From positions 62,932,001-62,996,000 of the forward strand of contig NC_086108.1 of the NCBI RefSeq assembly GCF_963921235.1: DNA of 64,000 nucleotides. The letters run 5' to 3'. A program made the translations under genes and the position numbers. The notes under the pieces were generated by a model. The model ran no database searches. It was not told the DNA's origin and saw only the letters and a list, made by a program, of their open reading frames with translations. The DNA comes from Mobula hypostoma (lineage: Eukaryota). This document shows, in pieces, positions 22,877 to 35,253 of the stretch (positions are counted from its first letter, which is position 1; every line of letters starts with the position of its first letter).

Positions 22877-24231
22877 GTTTTTATACTCCTAAAAATAGCT
22901 CTGTATGCACTGGATGCTTCCATTAACCAAACGATTTTTGCCTGTGTGCCAATGTGAATATGATTGGAACTAAATCCAGACATATCTTTTACCTATGCCT
23001 GCAACTTATCAAACAATTTCTTGCTAAAGGTATGCAGTATCAGGGAAAGATATTTTCATCGAAGTGTGCAAGATCTAAGTACTTAACCTGCAGAGATTTT
23101 TTTATTGCAATACATTGTTGAAAACCATTTAGTGACACATAAGCAAGGATAATATACCTTACCTCTGCAATTGGTGGCCGGGGGCGGGGGGGCGGTGGTG
23201 AAAAAGAAAATGTAAAAGGTGTGTATAGAACATTAAAGGAATTCAGAAGGGAAATGTTTAAACACAACCATTGGAAAGGGGAGGGAATATTCTCACAAAT
23301 CTGACATTACTCCTTAAATGGAAATAAAAATTCCTTTGATCAGTTAACTGAAAAAAATTCCATCCTAAATTGATTTATCCAGCCAGACAGACTGAGCGCT
23401 TTTCCAGTTCGTAAAACAAATATTCTGAGTGACATTAAAACCCATCCAGTTGACTCTGATGAGTAGTCTCAACCTCAGACTAATGCCTATTGCCAAGAAC
23501 ATTTCTTTAATTTGTTCTTGGGAGGTGGTTGTCTCTGGCAAATTGAGCAGTTATTTTCCATCCCTTGTTTTCCCCGGAGGATAGCAAAAGGGCTTCATAT
23601 TGAACCACGGCAAACCATGAGGTGTTGTGGTTGAAAACAGCTGAGTACTCTGTTAAGCCACTTAAAAGACAACCAAAATAGTATGGAACTGGAATTGTAT
23701 ATAGGCCAATCTGGGTTAATAACAGGAAGGACTTCCTTACTCAGAGGTTACTAATGAAGTTACTGGGTTTTTAGAAGAATTTGACAGCTTCAGTTGATGG
23801 ATAGTGGCAGTTTTATTTTGAGATATTTTAAAAAATAGAATGAAGATTCTCAAATGGTGGCATCAAAATTATGTTACTAGATTAGTAATCCAGAGTTACT
23901 AATTACTTAGAAATATGCAATCAAATTCTACGATGACTTGGGTGAGTGACACTCAAATCACACACAAAAAGATCTATATATTTTCAAAAATATACTGCAC
24001 ACCTACTCGGCACCTCATTCCCTGTCTTAACTATTTTCTCACTCCACCATCAGCACATCATATTTGCCATCTATATCCTCCACAAGGTTCACAATGACAA
24101 CTTGCCAAGGCTTCTTTGACACCATTTCATCAATCCTTGACTTCAACCATTTGGGATGACAAGGAGAATAATTGCATGGGAAATGACCATCTGTAATTCA
24201 TTCACTAACTTGACTTGGAAATATATCATAG

Positions 24232-24518
24232 TGTTACGTACCCCGTAACTGGGTTGCTAAACCAGCAGAAATGGACCACTAGTTGGAGTCTGGTTTACTA
24301 AAAACTAATAAAGTTTTATTAAAGAAATAAGTAACACAGTACTCTAATCGTAAGGATATAAATGCAACAGGTTAGCAATGATAAAACACACATGTACACA
24401 GAACTAGGGTAATAGGAATCAACCAAGCTCTATCGCAGTCTAGGGGTAAAATGATCAGTCTTAAGTGACGCAGAGTTCAGTTCAGCTTAGTGCAGTTAGC
24501 AGTAATCGCTGTTGTGCC

Positions 24519-24564
<46 letters not shown>

Positions 24565-25082
24565 TGATTCAGGCAGACCTTTGATGTTCACAGGTGGTTT
24601 CGGGCGGACCCTTTTATGTCTTCCATCCCTCTGTGGTCACTGACTGTGACCCCTCCATTCCGAATACGACCGTTCTTCCACGGTGAACCCGGCACCCAGG
24701 CAAGGGCGGACACACACCAGGTTCCCACCAATCGTATCTTCACACCCTGTGAGCCTATGGTCAGTTCCCGCGAACCAGACCTCCAAACTCTCACCACTTG
24801 TGGGGGCACACCGCTCTTTCCAGGGGTCTCGTTATCTCTTGATCCCGTGGTGTGTGTCGTGCCTTAGCGAACCTGTTCTTTTTAACCCCCTGCTGGGATA
24901 TCGCCTGTCCATCAAACTTCAAACAGTTCAGGTTCAAAGCAACCGGTCTGTCAATATTCTGAATTGTGTTTCTTTTCCGTTATCTCTCTCTCCTCTCTCA
25001 TTAACATTTTGAACGTTCCTCCATTTTCTCCCTTATCTCTCTCATTAGCATCAATCGTCTGATAACTTGGTTTGTCGTCACA
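24232..25082 (-). repeat. 3' LTR (851 bp) with internal (GA)n
   Basis: Direct repeat of 28375-29217. Minus-strand PPT GAAGGGTAGGGA is adjacent at 25083-25094. Confidence 0.95.
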
Positions 25083-28000
25083 TCCCTACCCTTCAAAGAA
25101 TTTTTACTGGGGTAAAAATTATGGACATGAATACATTATTAGATACACACTAATATACAGGGTCATCAGCTATTCGGCTAATACAGAGAACTTTAAGTTT
25201 TCAACACCTTGACAGACAGTCAGCAATCACATTGTCCGTTCCTTTTATATGTGTTATTTTAATACCAAATTCCTGTAAGACCAGGCTCCAACTTAGCAAC
25301 CTTTTGTTTTTATCTTTCATAGTGGCCAAATACACTAATGGGTTGTGATCAGTGTAAATTATCAGTGGTTTCCATGCCGGACAAATATAACAAAGATCGT
25401 CCCACACAAACTTCGCATTCTTTGGCAAGAGCTTAGTAAGAGGGAGGGTAACATCCGCAAAGTTTTTGCAAAACTTCCGATAGTACCCCACCATCCCCAA
25501 GAACCTTCTCAGGGCTCTCTTGTCTGTCGGGGTGGGGACTTCAGAGATAGCCTGCACCTTAACCTGCATCAGAGCCAGCTGCCCCTGTCCTACCACAAAT
25601 CCATATAAGTGACCTTCGCGTGGCCGAATTCACTTTTTGCGAGGTTCACTGTCAGGCTGGCTTCAAACAGCCGTTTAAACAGTTCCTCTACTGCCACAAT
25701 GTGCTCCTTCCACGTGTCACTTCAGACCACTAAATCGTCAACATACGCTTCTGTGTTCTTTAGCCCTTTTGTCACTGTATTAATCATCCTATAAGGGTGT
25801 TGCTTACTAGGCTAACCTGATGTGACAACAACACCATGTACCATCTCTTTGCATCGCCCTGGGACATCCGAACATATGTCTGCGTGCCAGTTAGTTAACT
25901 TCATCAGCGGCTCACTCTGTTCGGGGGCTAAGTGAGAGAACTTACCAGCAAAGTTGGCCAAAACAATAGAATTCTCCCATCTGGTCGGCACCATACTTAT
26001 CTTTTCAAAATGGGTTTTCCCCTTATCAGGTGGCACCCTAGCCTCATTAATTTTCATGATAACACCGACTAGGTCTGCTCGCTTATCGTGGCAAGCTGTT
26101 AACATATCAATAGGCTGTGCCGGCTCACGTCTACAATACTCAATAATATCCTCCCTCATGCTCAGCCAGTAAAACTCTTTCATAATTCTATCGACTGTCT
26201 CCCTCACCCCAAAATGTCCACCAAGGGGTATCTTGTGAGCCAGGTTAAAAATCTCGTTCCTTTAAATTTTTGGCACTACCACCTGATGTACCACCCCCCA
26301 GTCCTCATCTGCGGGCACGGTACTTGGTCTCCACTTCCTCAGCAGTACTCCCTCCTTCACATAATAGCCCACTGGCTCCCTTTTTAATTCTGCTTCGGAG
26401 AGAGCTGTCTCTGTCAAAACCATTAGCTCCTCGTCTCGTTCCTGTGCCTGTATAAATTCCTTCCTTGCTAATGATAAATCTACCTCAACTCCCTCACTTC
26501 CTTCTGCTCCACTATGCTCCTTCTTCTTACTTTCTAACCCCTCCTGGTACAAGGCTGGTAAAAACGTCTCAGCTAAATCTATATTCGCTTCGGCAGCCTT
26601 TCTGGATATGCGCCGAGTCACTGCGCAAACGGGATAAACCTGTGAGTCCATGGGCGGGGCTTCAGTGCTTGTCAGTTTTACTGCTGAGTACACATTTCCG
26701 CCTGCAAGGTCATTACCGAGTAAGACCTCCATGTCTTCCATCGTAATTCGGGCCTTACCCCTATCATGACTGGTCCGGAGACCAAGTCGCTTTTTAGGTG
26801 TATCTAGTGCAAAGGTACTGCTTCAGTCCCTTTCCCAATGCCTTTTATCACACTGACCTCCCCAGTCTCGGTCTCTGAACTAAAGTCTAACACACTCTTT
26901 AAGATCAATGACTGACAAGCTCCAGTGTCTCTCCAGATCTGTACTGGAACTGGGTTTGACTCCTCCTTCACCGACATCAATCCGACCGAAATAAACTTCT
27001 CGCCCCCTTCCTGAACTTTATCAGACCTCTTCTCCCCTAGCGGTTTGTCTGCCAGCTCAATACAGCCAGTCGGAATTGTCATTTTTCCTTTCCCCGTCTC
27101 CTTCTTTGGGGAAAAGCACCTGCACGCAAAGTGACCGGCTTTCCCACAATTATAGCATACGACCCCAGGAGACTTCCTACTAAACTGCTCCCGGTCTACC
27201 TTATCCTTCTCACTAGTCCCCGGCTTACTTTCTGGCTTTTCCGGCAGACTCTTTCTGCCCTCTCGACTACCCTTATGGTAGCTTTTACTCAGGGTAAACT
27301 TCACTTTGTGTGTTAACGCGTACTCATCCGCTAACTTAGCAGTTGCGGCTAAGGTTTCTGCCTCTTTCTCATCTAGATAGGGCCTCATACCTTCAGGGAC
27401 ACAACTTTTAAACTGCTCAATCAGTATTAGCTGTAGCAGTCTGTCATAATCCCCACTGACCCCTTTCGAGACGCACCAATGCTCACAATACATCTGCATC
27501 TCACTGGCAAACTCTAAATATGTGCGGCCCCACTGCTTCCTCACATTCCGGAACCTCTGCCGGTATGCCTCCGGGACCAACTCATAAATCCTGAGTATCG
27601 CCTCTTTCACCACATCATACCTCTGGGCATCTTCTGCGGACGATGCCGAGTACGCTCGCTGAGCTTTTCCTTTAAGTACGCTCTGAAGCAAACAGCCTAC
27701 TTATCCCTTGGCCAGTTCTGACTTGCAGCGACTTTTTCAAAATGTAGAAAGTACTGATCAACATCGGCCTCCTCAAATGGGGGAACCAGCCTAACCTCCT
27801 GGGTCGCCCTGAACCCTCCACCTTGGTTCGGCATGGGCCCCTGCGCTAGTGTCATCCTTAACTTCTCCAGCTCAAATTCCCTTTCCCTCTGCTTCTCTCT
27901 CTCTTCTCGTTCTAACTGCCTGTCTCTCGCTTCTCATTCCAGCTGCTTTATTCTCTCTTCACGTTTTATCTGCCTGTCCCTCTCTTCTCGTTCCAGCTGT

Positions 28001-28351
28001 TTTACCCGGAACTCGTGCTCGAGTCTCAATTTTTCCATCTGCAACTGTACTGCTTCTTCGCCAGGTTTGCCCATAGATACCACCTCCAGCTCCCCTTGGG
28101 GAAACATACCTTTAGATACATAATGCTCAATGATAGCTCTGTGCATCTCTGCTTTCCTCATTGTCGACTTCCCCTTAAAAAGATTCAACCGTTTGGCCAC
28201 AGTTGCCAATTCTGATTTCCTGGCATCCTCTAATGCCTCCAAGGTTGGCGCCCTTAGAAATTCCTCAATCTCCATTTCTGCTGTTTGCCCTTTCTTTCTT
28301 TCGGGAATTTTAACCCAGTCAATTTAGCCAGTCCCAAATTTGGCGTTCAAA

Positions 28352-28370
28352 ATCGCGGACGAGATCCCCA
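28352..28370 (-). other. Primer-binding site complementary to tRNA-Pro
   Basis: Minus strand reads TGGGGATCTCGTCCGCGAT, 4 nt inside the 5' LTR; the canonical Pro PBS is TGGGGGCTCGTCCGGGAT. Confidence 0.8.
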
Positions 28371-28374
28371 CTTA

Positions 28375-29217
28375 TGTTACGTACCCCGTAACTGGGTTGA
28401 CCAGCGAGCAGAAATGGACCACTAGTTGGAGTCTGGTTTACTGGAAACTAATGAAGTTTTATTAAAGAAGTAAGTAACACAGTACTCTAATCGTAAGGAT
28501 ATAAATGCAACAGGTTAGCAATGATAAAACACACATGTACACAGAACTAGGGTAATAGGAATCAACCAAGCTCTATTGCAGTCTAGGAGTAAAATGATCA
28601 GTCTTAAGTGACGTAGAGTTCAGTTCAGCTTAGTGCAGTTCGCAGTAATCGCTGTTCTGCCGTTGGAGAGAGAGAGAGAGAGAGAGATATGCAAATTTGA
28701 TTCAGGCAGACCTTTGATGTTCACAGGTGGTTTCAGGCGGACCCTTTTATGTCTTCTATCCCTCTGTGGTCACTGACTGTGACCTCTCCATTCCGAATAC
28801 GATCGTTCTTCTGTGGTGAACCCGGCAACCAAGCAAGTACGGACACACACACCAGGTTCCCACCAATCGTACCTTTACACCCTGTGAGCCTATGGTCGGT
28901 TCCCGCGAACCGGACCTCCAAACTCTCACCACTTGTGGGGGCACACCGCTCTTTCCAGGGGTCTCATTATCTCGTGATCTCGTGGTGTGTGTTGTGCCTT
29001 AGCGAACCTGTTCTTTTCATCCCCCTGCTGGGGTATCGCCTGTCCATCAAACTTCAAACAGTTCAGGTTCAAAGCAACCAGTCTGTCAATATTCTGAATT
29101 GTGTTTCTTTTCCGTTATCTCTCTCTCCTCTCTCATTAACATTTTGAATGTTCCTCCATTTTCTCCCTTATCTCTCTCATTAGCATCAATCGTCTAATAA
29201 CTTGGTTTGTCGTCACA
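28375..29217 (-). repeat. 5' LTR (843 bp)
   Basis: Direct repeat of 24232-25082 with a shorter (GA)n tract and scattered substitutions. Confidence 0.95.
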
Positions 29218-29909
29218 ATAGCTACTTTATTTCAGTGGGTCAAATTCATTGAACCTTTACACATGGACTCAACAGTTCATAGATTTATATAGCCTGGAAA
29301 CAGGACCTTCAGCCCATCTTATCCATGTCAAAGAAGATATCTACCTCAGCTCGTCCATTTGCTTACAATTTGCCCATGATCCTCTTATCCCTTTCTATCC
29401 ACGTACCTGTCCAAATGTCTTTTCGGTGTTGTAATTTTACCCAGGTCTACAGCTTCCTCTGGAAATGGTTTCATATATCCACCACTCTGTGCATGAAAAG
29501 GTTGCTCTCAGATCCATTTTAAGATTTTGCCCCCTCACCTTAATACTATGTATCCTAGTTTTAGACTCCTCTACTTTGGGAAAAAGACTGTGAGCACCTA
29601 TTTCATGATTCAGAATATATAAGGTCACCCCTCAGACTCCTACACTCCAAGATAAATGTTCCAGCCTATCCAGATTCTCTTTAAATCTCAAGCCCTTAAG
29701 TCCTGGTAACATCTTTGTGAACATTTTCTATACACTTTCCCACTTAACGACATCCTTCCAAGAGCTGGATAACTAGAAATCCTTACAATACTCTAAAAGC
29801 GGTCTCACCAATTTGACCGATGAAGCCAAGTGCATCAAATGCCTTCTTCACCACCTGTCTTGTTGCCACTTTCAGGGAACTATGTACCTTTCCCCTAGGT
29901 CTCGGTCTC

Positions 29910-32002
29910 TGTTGTGTATTTAATATTTCAGTAATATTTGAGTAATCTTGTATATACAAACGGGTGTATATATATAGATAGATAGTTTGATTAAGCATTC
30001 TTGTTTGTTTAAACAATTCATTATGTGTTATATGTACAGTGGTGCTAGAAAGTTTGTGAACCCTGTAGAATTTTCTCTAATTTTGCGTAATATGACCTAA
30101 AATGTGATCAGATCTTCATGCAAGTCTCAAAACTAGTTTTGCTTATATCATCAACATAATATTGGAACATTTAGAACCAAATCCATTGTTGATTGCAAAA
30201 TTCATTAGGTTTCTTAAGTGGAATCAAAAGGAAAGGGAGTCCATTTCAGCGTATGCTGCTGAATTGAAGAAATTGTCTGAGCATTCTAAGTTCAATGATG
30301 GAGTTAATGATGTACTGAGAGATTATTTAGTCTGTGTAATCTTACACGAAAGCATTAAAAAAGGGCTGCTATCTAAAGCACAGCTTACATTTAAAAGAAC
30401 AGTTGAAATAACTATATCAATGGAAAGAACAACCAGAGATACAATTGAGTTGCAGTCAGGGATAAAATTGCAACGTTTAAACAGAAACAGAATTGGCCGA
30501 ACAAATTGCATTACCGCTGTGGTAGGGGCTCACATACACAAGACTAATGCAGGTTTTAAAGGCAAAACTTGCAGAAAATGCAACAAAGTAGGACACATTC
30601 AAAGAACATGATGGGCAGACAAAATAAGTGGACTGCACAGAGAAGACAAAAAGATAAAGATCAAGTTGCACTTGCAAAAAGAGCACTAATCTACATGCTG
30701 TTGATGAAAAACCTGATATTAATAATGAGAGTGATACAGGACTGGTTAGCCTTGAGATTTACTATGTGAAAACTAAATATAAATAAGCAGTACAGCGTAT
30801 ACCAGAAGTGAATGACAATTTAATTAAAATGGAATTGGATACTGGTTTGGCTGTTTCAGTCACTCCGCAAATGAGTTTGAGTGGCATTTCAAATATGCTA
30901 AAAATTATGGCTAAATATACTAAATATACAAAAATTATGGCTGCAAATATCCAACTATGAACCTATACTGGAGAAAAGATAACTCCTGTGGAAATGACAT
31001 TCATGACAATGAAGTACAGCAACCAACAAAGCACATTGAGCTTGTATGTGGTAAAAACAGGAGGAACTGTGTTGTGGGGGTGTGAGTGACTGAGACAACT
31101 ACAACTTGATTCAAGATCCATCCACCATTTGCGTGACACATCACCAGCAATGAAGCCATACAAAAGCGAATTAAGAAAGATACTGGATGGTGCCACAGCA
31201 ATGTTCAAGGATGGTTTTGGAAAACTCAAACATATCAAGGATAAAATAGTGTGAAATGAAAATGCTGCATCCAGGTTTTGCAAAGCCTGTCCTGTTCCTT
31301 ATACCATCCATGATAAGGTAGCCAGTAAGGTAGATCACATGGAGGCTGAAGGAAGTCTTTCCAAGGTTGAATGGAGCCCACTGGCAATGCCTGTGGTCCC
31401 AGTAACCAAGAAGAATGGGTCTGCCGGGATCTGTGGTGATTTTAAAGTCACCATCAACCCAGCACTGAAAATAGATCCAAAATGAAAAACCGAGAAAAGG
31501 AGAAGAAAGGTGTCCAGAGCTATAAGAACTACTTCCTGCAATCTCGGTCAATTCCTATAACCATCACGGAGGAGGCCCCCAAACCTGAGGTTGTTTCACA
31601 GCCAAGCAGAGTGACTTCTTGTGTAAGGAAAGATAGTATCGCACAAGAGTAAGAAAGCCTGCACAGCGATTAAATCTTTAGGCCTGACAATTTAATATTT
31701 ACTATGCTGTGGATATCTGTATAAAGTAGTTATATAATAGCATACTGTGTGTATAGTTGAGATGCGTTCTCTATTGAGTTTGAGTCTTTAGCTAAGCAGA
31801 GAGGGTGTTGTGTATTTAATATATTGGTTGATTAAGCATTCTTGTTCGTTTAAATAATTACGGGTTATATGAATAAATACATGAATTGCATATGTCATCA
31901 CCACATGATATGTGTACACCTCGCTCAAAGTAGAGAACAAAGTTAGACTCGCATCTCTCACTGTTTTCCTTTGAATTAGTTCAGTATTTTGGAGTTACAA
32001 CA
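29910..32002 (+). mobile_element. Deleted Gypsy (Mag-like) LTR element: truncated 5' LTR, gag/protease/RT remnants, 3' LTR 31806-32002
   Basis: Both LTR copies start TGTTGTGTATTTAATAT and the 3' LTR ends TTACAACA. PPT agcagagaggg. Gag EHLEP..NQKERESISAY..CRKCNKVGHIQRT; protease MELDTG; RT ICGDFKVTINP. No TSD evident. Confidence 0.85.
30037..30135 (+). mobile_element. Single end of a Tc1-like DNA transposon
   Basis: TA followed by CAGTGGTGCTAGAAAGTTTGTGAACCC (Tc1-type TIR start); no partner TIR found. Confidence 0.65.
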
Positions 32003-32135
32003 CATAACAGTGTCTTCTTCCACCGAGTCAACTTTGTATCCATTTAGCTGGCTTACTCTGGATCTTACATGATCTAACCTTCCAGATATTGGAAATGTCC
32101 TTTGTCAGAGGCCTTGCTATGGTCTGTGTAGACAA

Positions 32136-33595
32136 AGTCCAAGTTTCTTGTCATCTGACTGTAATATACACCACCAAATAAAACAACATTCCTCTGGAAT
32201 GGTACACCCCCACATCATATATCACACATAATACATAAAGCAAAATATTATACTATAATTAAGTTAATAAAATATAATTAAAATACATGTAGTAAAGCAC
32301 AGCACAGGAAAACAGTAAACAGTACAGTAAACATCTTGCTGTCTTAGTGACGAGACCTTGCTGGAGGCAGGGTATTCATTAGTCTCGCAGCCTGAGGGAA
32401 GAAGCTGTTACCTAGTTTAGCAACCCTCGGCCTGATGCTTCTGTACCTCCTTCCTGATGGGGATGGCTCAAAGAGATTATGGGATGGGTGGTAGGGATCC
32501 TCAAAAATGCTTCGGGCCCTTTGGATACAACGCTCCTGGTAAATGTTACAAATAGCGGGGAGGGAGACCCTGATGATCTTCTTGATGGTTCTTACTGTTT
32601 TGAGGGTCTTGTGGTCCAATGCCTTGCAGCTTCCATACCATATAGTGATGCAGCCAGACACAACACTCTCAATGGTGCTTCTGTAGAAAGTTGTTAGAAT
32701 GGGGGAGGAAGCCTTGCACACCTAAATCTCTTCAGAAAGTATAAATGCTGCTATGTCTTCTTGACTAATGAGGGTATTGTTGGTCCAGCTTAGACTGTGT
32801 ATTTTGAGCTCTTCACTCTGTCCATGGCAGAGCCATTGGTATGCAATGGAGAGTGGTCACCTGTGCCTTCCTGGTCCAAAATCATCTGTTTTGTCTTGTC
32901 CACACTGAGACTAAGGTTGTTGTTTTCACTCCGTTTAACAAGCCTGTCTACCTCCTCTCTGTATGCTGAATCATCATTGTTACCAATGACACCAGCCACT
33001 GTAGTATCATCAGCAAACTTAATGATGTGATTTGAGCTGAATCGAGTAGTGCAATCATGAATCAGTATCATGAATAGCAAGAGTACTAAGCACTCAACCC
33101 TGGGGGCACCAGTGTTCAGCATGATGGAACTCAAGGTGTTGCTGCCAACTTGGATTGACTGCGGTCCTTCAATCAAGAAGTCCAAGATCCGGTTAGAGAG
33201 AGGAGTTAAGTCCCAACAAGGACAACTTACCCACCAGCCTCTGAAGGATGATTGTGTTAAATGCCATGCTGAAATAAATGAACAACATCCTGGTGTACGA
33301 GGCATTGTTTTCCAGGTGGGACAGGACAGAGTGGTGGGCCAAGGCTATGGCATCATCAGTGGACTGGTTTGAGCAGCAGGCAAGCTGGAAATGGTCCATT
33401 GTAGCTAAAAAGTGGGACCTTATACGATCTGTTACCAGCCGCTCAAAGCACTTCAGGATTGTTGAAGTCAGCACCACTGGGCAGTAATCATTTAGGTCAG
33501 TTACCGTAGTTCTCTTTGTCACCAGAATGATAGTGGCTGCTTTGAAGCCTGAGGGCCATTGGGCTGTTTTAGAGAGATATTAAAGATGTCCGTTA
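32136..33595 (-). mobile_element. Rex1/Babar LINE, 5'-truncated (RT to 3' end)
   Basis: LNDYCPVVLTSTILKCFERLV, STDDAI, IIKFADDTT and PSGRRYRSIR..LGNSFFPQA motifs. Possible TSD AGACAA (32130-35, 33596-601). Confidence 0.88.
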
Positions 33596-33930
33596 AGACA
33601 ATGTCTACAGCCCCACCCTAGCCAAATTTCTACCTTATCTCTAAAAAAAATCTCAGTTAAATTGGTGAGATATCATTTCCCAATCATAGAGCCTTGCTGA
33701 TTATCTTTTATCCGTCCTTGTCTTTCTAAGTGCTGGTATATCTTATCCCTCAGAATCTCCTTCAGGAACTTTCCCACCATTGATGTTGGACACATCAAAC
33801 TGTTGTTATGCATCACTTCTTCAATAAAAAAGTGCTCATTACAATGTACAAAAAATAAATTTTGAATTTACTGGTAGCCCGCACATCCTATTGATTGGAA
33901 TTTAAAAAAAGTAGCATGGTGGGATTTGAA

Positions 33931-34025
33931 GTCCTGATGAAGGGTTTTACCTTGAACTGTTGACTGTTTATTCCCCTTCATAGATGCTGTCTTGCTGAGT
34001 TTCTCCAGCATTTTGTGTGTGTTGT
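33931..34025 (+). mobile_element. 95-bp hammerhead-headed PLE-derived insertion with a 12-bp TSD inside a tRNA-SINE head
   Basis: Begins gtc-CTGATGA-agggtttt. Flanked by GTGGGATTTGAA (33919-30) and GTGAGATTTGAA (34026-37). Confidence 0.72.
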
Positions 34026-34420
34026 GTGAGATTTGAACTCGTCTCTTTGGGTTACCAATCTAGTGCCATATTCATGACACCGCGCACACTGCTAATATTA
34101 CAAGGAGTTTCTAAATTTTTAAGGAAGTAATTTCTTTAGATAATGTTAGATACTTTCTGGCATTTGGCTAGGTGTTTTGTAACAAAGAATATCATCTGTG
34201 TTAGATTTTGCTGAAGAATAAGTGGGCAATATCACAGCAGCCAAAATAAAACGAAATAGGTTCATGAAAATTATATTGTCTAGTGATGGGTAAGCTATAA
34301 TTTGGCCAAGATAGTGGATTTAAGAAATTTAAGTATACTGTTTGAGGTCTGTAGCTGCCAACGATTTCTGATGGAAAGTGCACACCCATGCTTGGTGAAG
34401 ACAGAATGAAGCTCAGTTTT

Positions 34421-34562
34421 GAGCAATGCACACAAAATGTTGGAGTTACTCAGCAGGTCAGGCAGCATCTATGGAGGGAAATGAGCAATTGGCATTTCAA
34501 GCCAAAACATTTTGTGTGTGTTGCTCAACATTTCCAGCATTTGTAGAATCTCTTCTGTCTCC
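34421..34562. mobile_element. Fold-back PLE-pLTR-derived element
   Basis: Inverted arms gagcaatgcacacaaaatgtt (34421-41) and aacattttgtgtgtgttgctc (34506-26). Confidence 0.65.
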
Positions 34563-35124
34563 CTGAAGATTGATTTTGATGCATTGAGGGGATGAATACT
34601 TTGTGGGTTATCATTATCTAATTTCAAATGATCTACGCCAATTGTGAAGGAACCAGGTGCTGCTGAAAATATGAAACCATGCCCTAATGAGAAATAAATA
34701 CTTCAGACAACAGGTGACCTTTTGAAAAAATAAAAGATAACGGTGGGTAAAATGACAAGTGACTGCTATACATTATAAATTGAGTTGAGGAGGTTAGTGT
34801 CTCTGCTTCACAGCCTGCATGATTTTTCTTCGACTAATATAATATTATATTATTTGGATACAGGGTTTGCAAGTCCTGTATTTAAAGTGGAACTAATAAT
34901 TATGTTTCCAGTAATCTAGGCATTATTTTGTTGCAAAACACCTCAGGAATTCAAAGGTTAAGGGAGATTTTGCATGAGAAGCAGGTGCGAATATCCAGCT
35001 TATGCATTTCAAAAATGTTGACATCAGTAAGTTTCAACAACTTGTCTAAATGCACCTGTCTCTGGTCTACATGAGTATGATGTTTGTTCTGCTACCCACA
35101 AATTTCTTTTTCTGTCTGATCCAG

Positions 35125-35253
35125 GGAATCATGTGTTGTCTCCTGGAAGCCGAGTCGGAAATGGCCTGACATCAGTTGCTGCTCAAGAACTGGGATTACC
35201 CAAGGGAACTGCTGTGGCAGTGTCTTTGATCGATGCCCATGCTGGAGGTTTAG
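35125..35253 (+). CDS. FGGY: FGGY carbohydrate kinase domain-containing protein (D-ribulokinase), internal coding exon (129 nt, phase 1-1)
   Basis: Polypyrimidine tract plus CCAG acceptor; G|GTACT donor. Encodes (G)[42 protein letters not shown](G), matching vertebrate FGGY including IDAHAGG. Confidence 0.95.

Larger units (their letters stand above)
24232..29217 (-). mobile_element. Gmr1-type Gypsy LTR retrotransposon (gag/SCAN-like, protease, integrase, RT, RNaseH), multiply deleted, both LTRs present
   Basis: LTRs at 24232-25082 and 28375-29217 (TGTTACG...CGTCACA); TSD ATAG (24228-31, 29218-21). Gag YELVPEAYRQRFR with zinc knuckle CYNCGKAGHFACRC; protease RDTGACQS. Integrase zinc region (HKIPLGGHFG..EFYW) lies upstream of RT (AYVDDL) and RNaseH (YTDHNPL, NVIADCLSR). 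Confidence 0.92.
29270..33800 (-). mobile_element. Old CR1 LINE in three pieces (about 29270-29909, 32003-32135, 33596-33800), hosting Gypsy and Rex-Babar insertions
   Basis: QVVKKAFDALGFI and ESKTRIHSIKVRG in the left piece. RT SKAF-like and QHGF-like remnants in the right pieces follow in CR1 order. Confidence 0.65.

Noticed and set aside
26804..27691. SCAN zinc-finger host gene
   Set aside because: It is gag of an LTR-bounded Gmr1 element, with a CCHC knuckle and protease and no C2H2 array.
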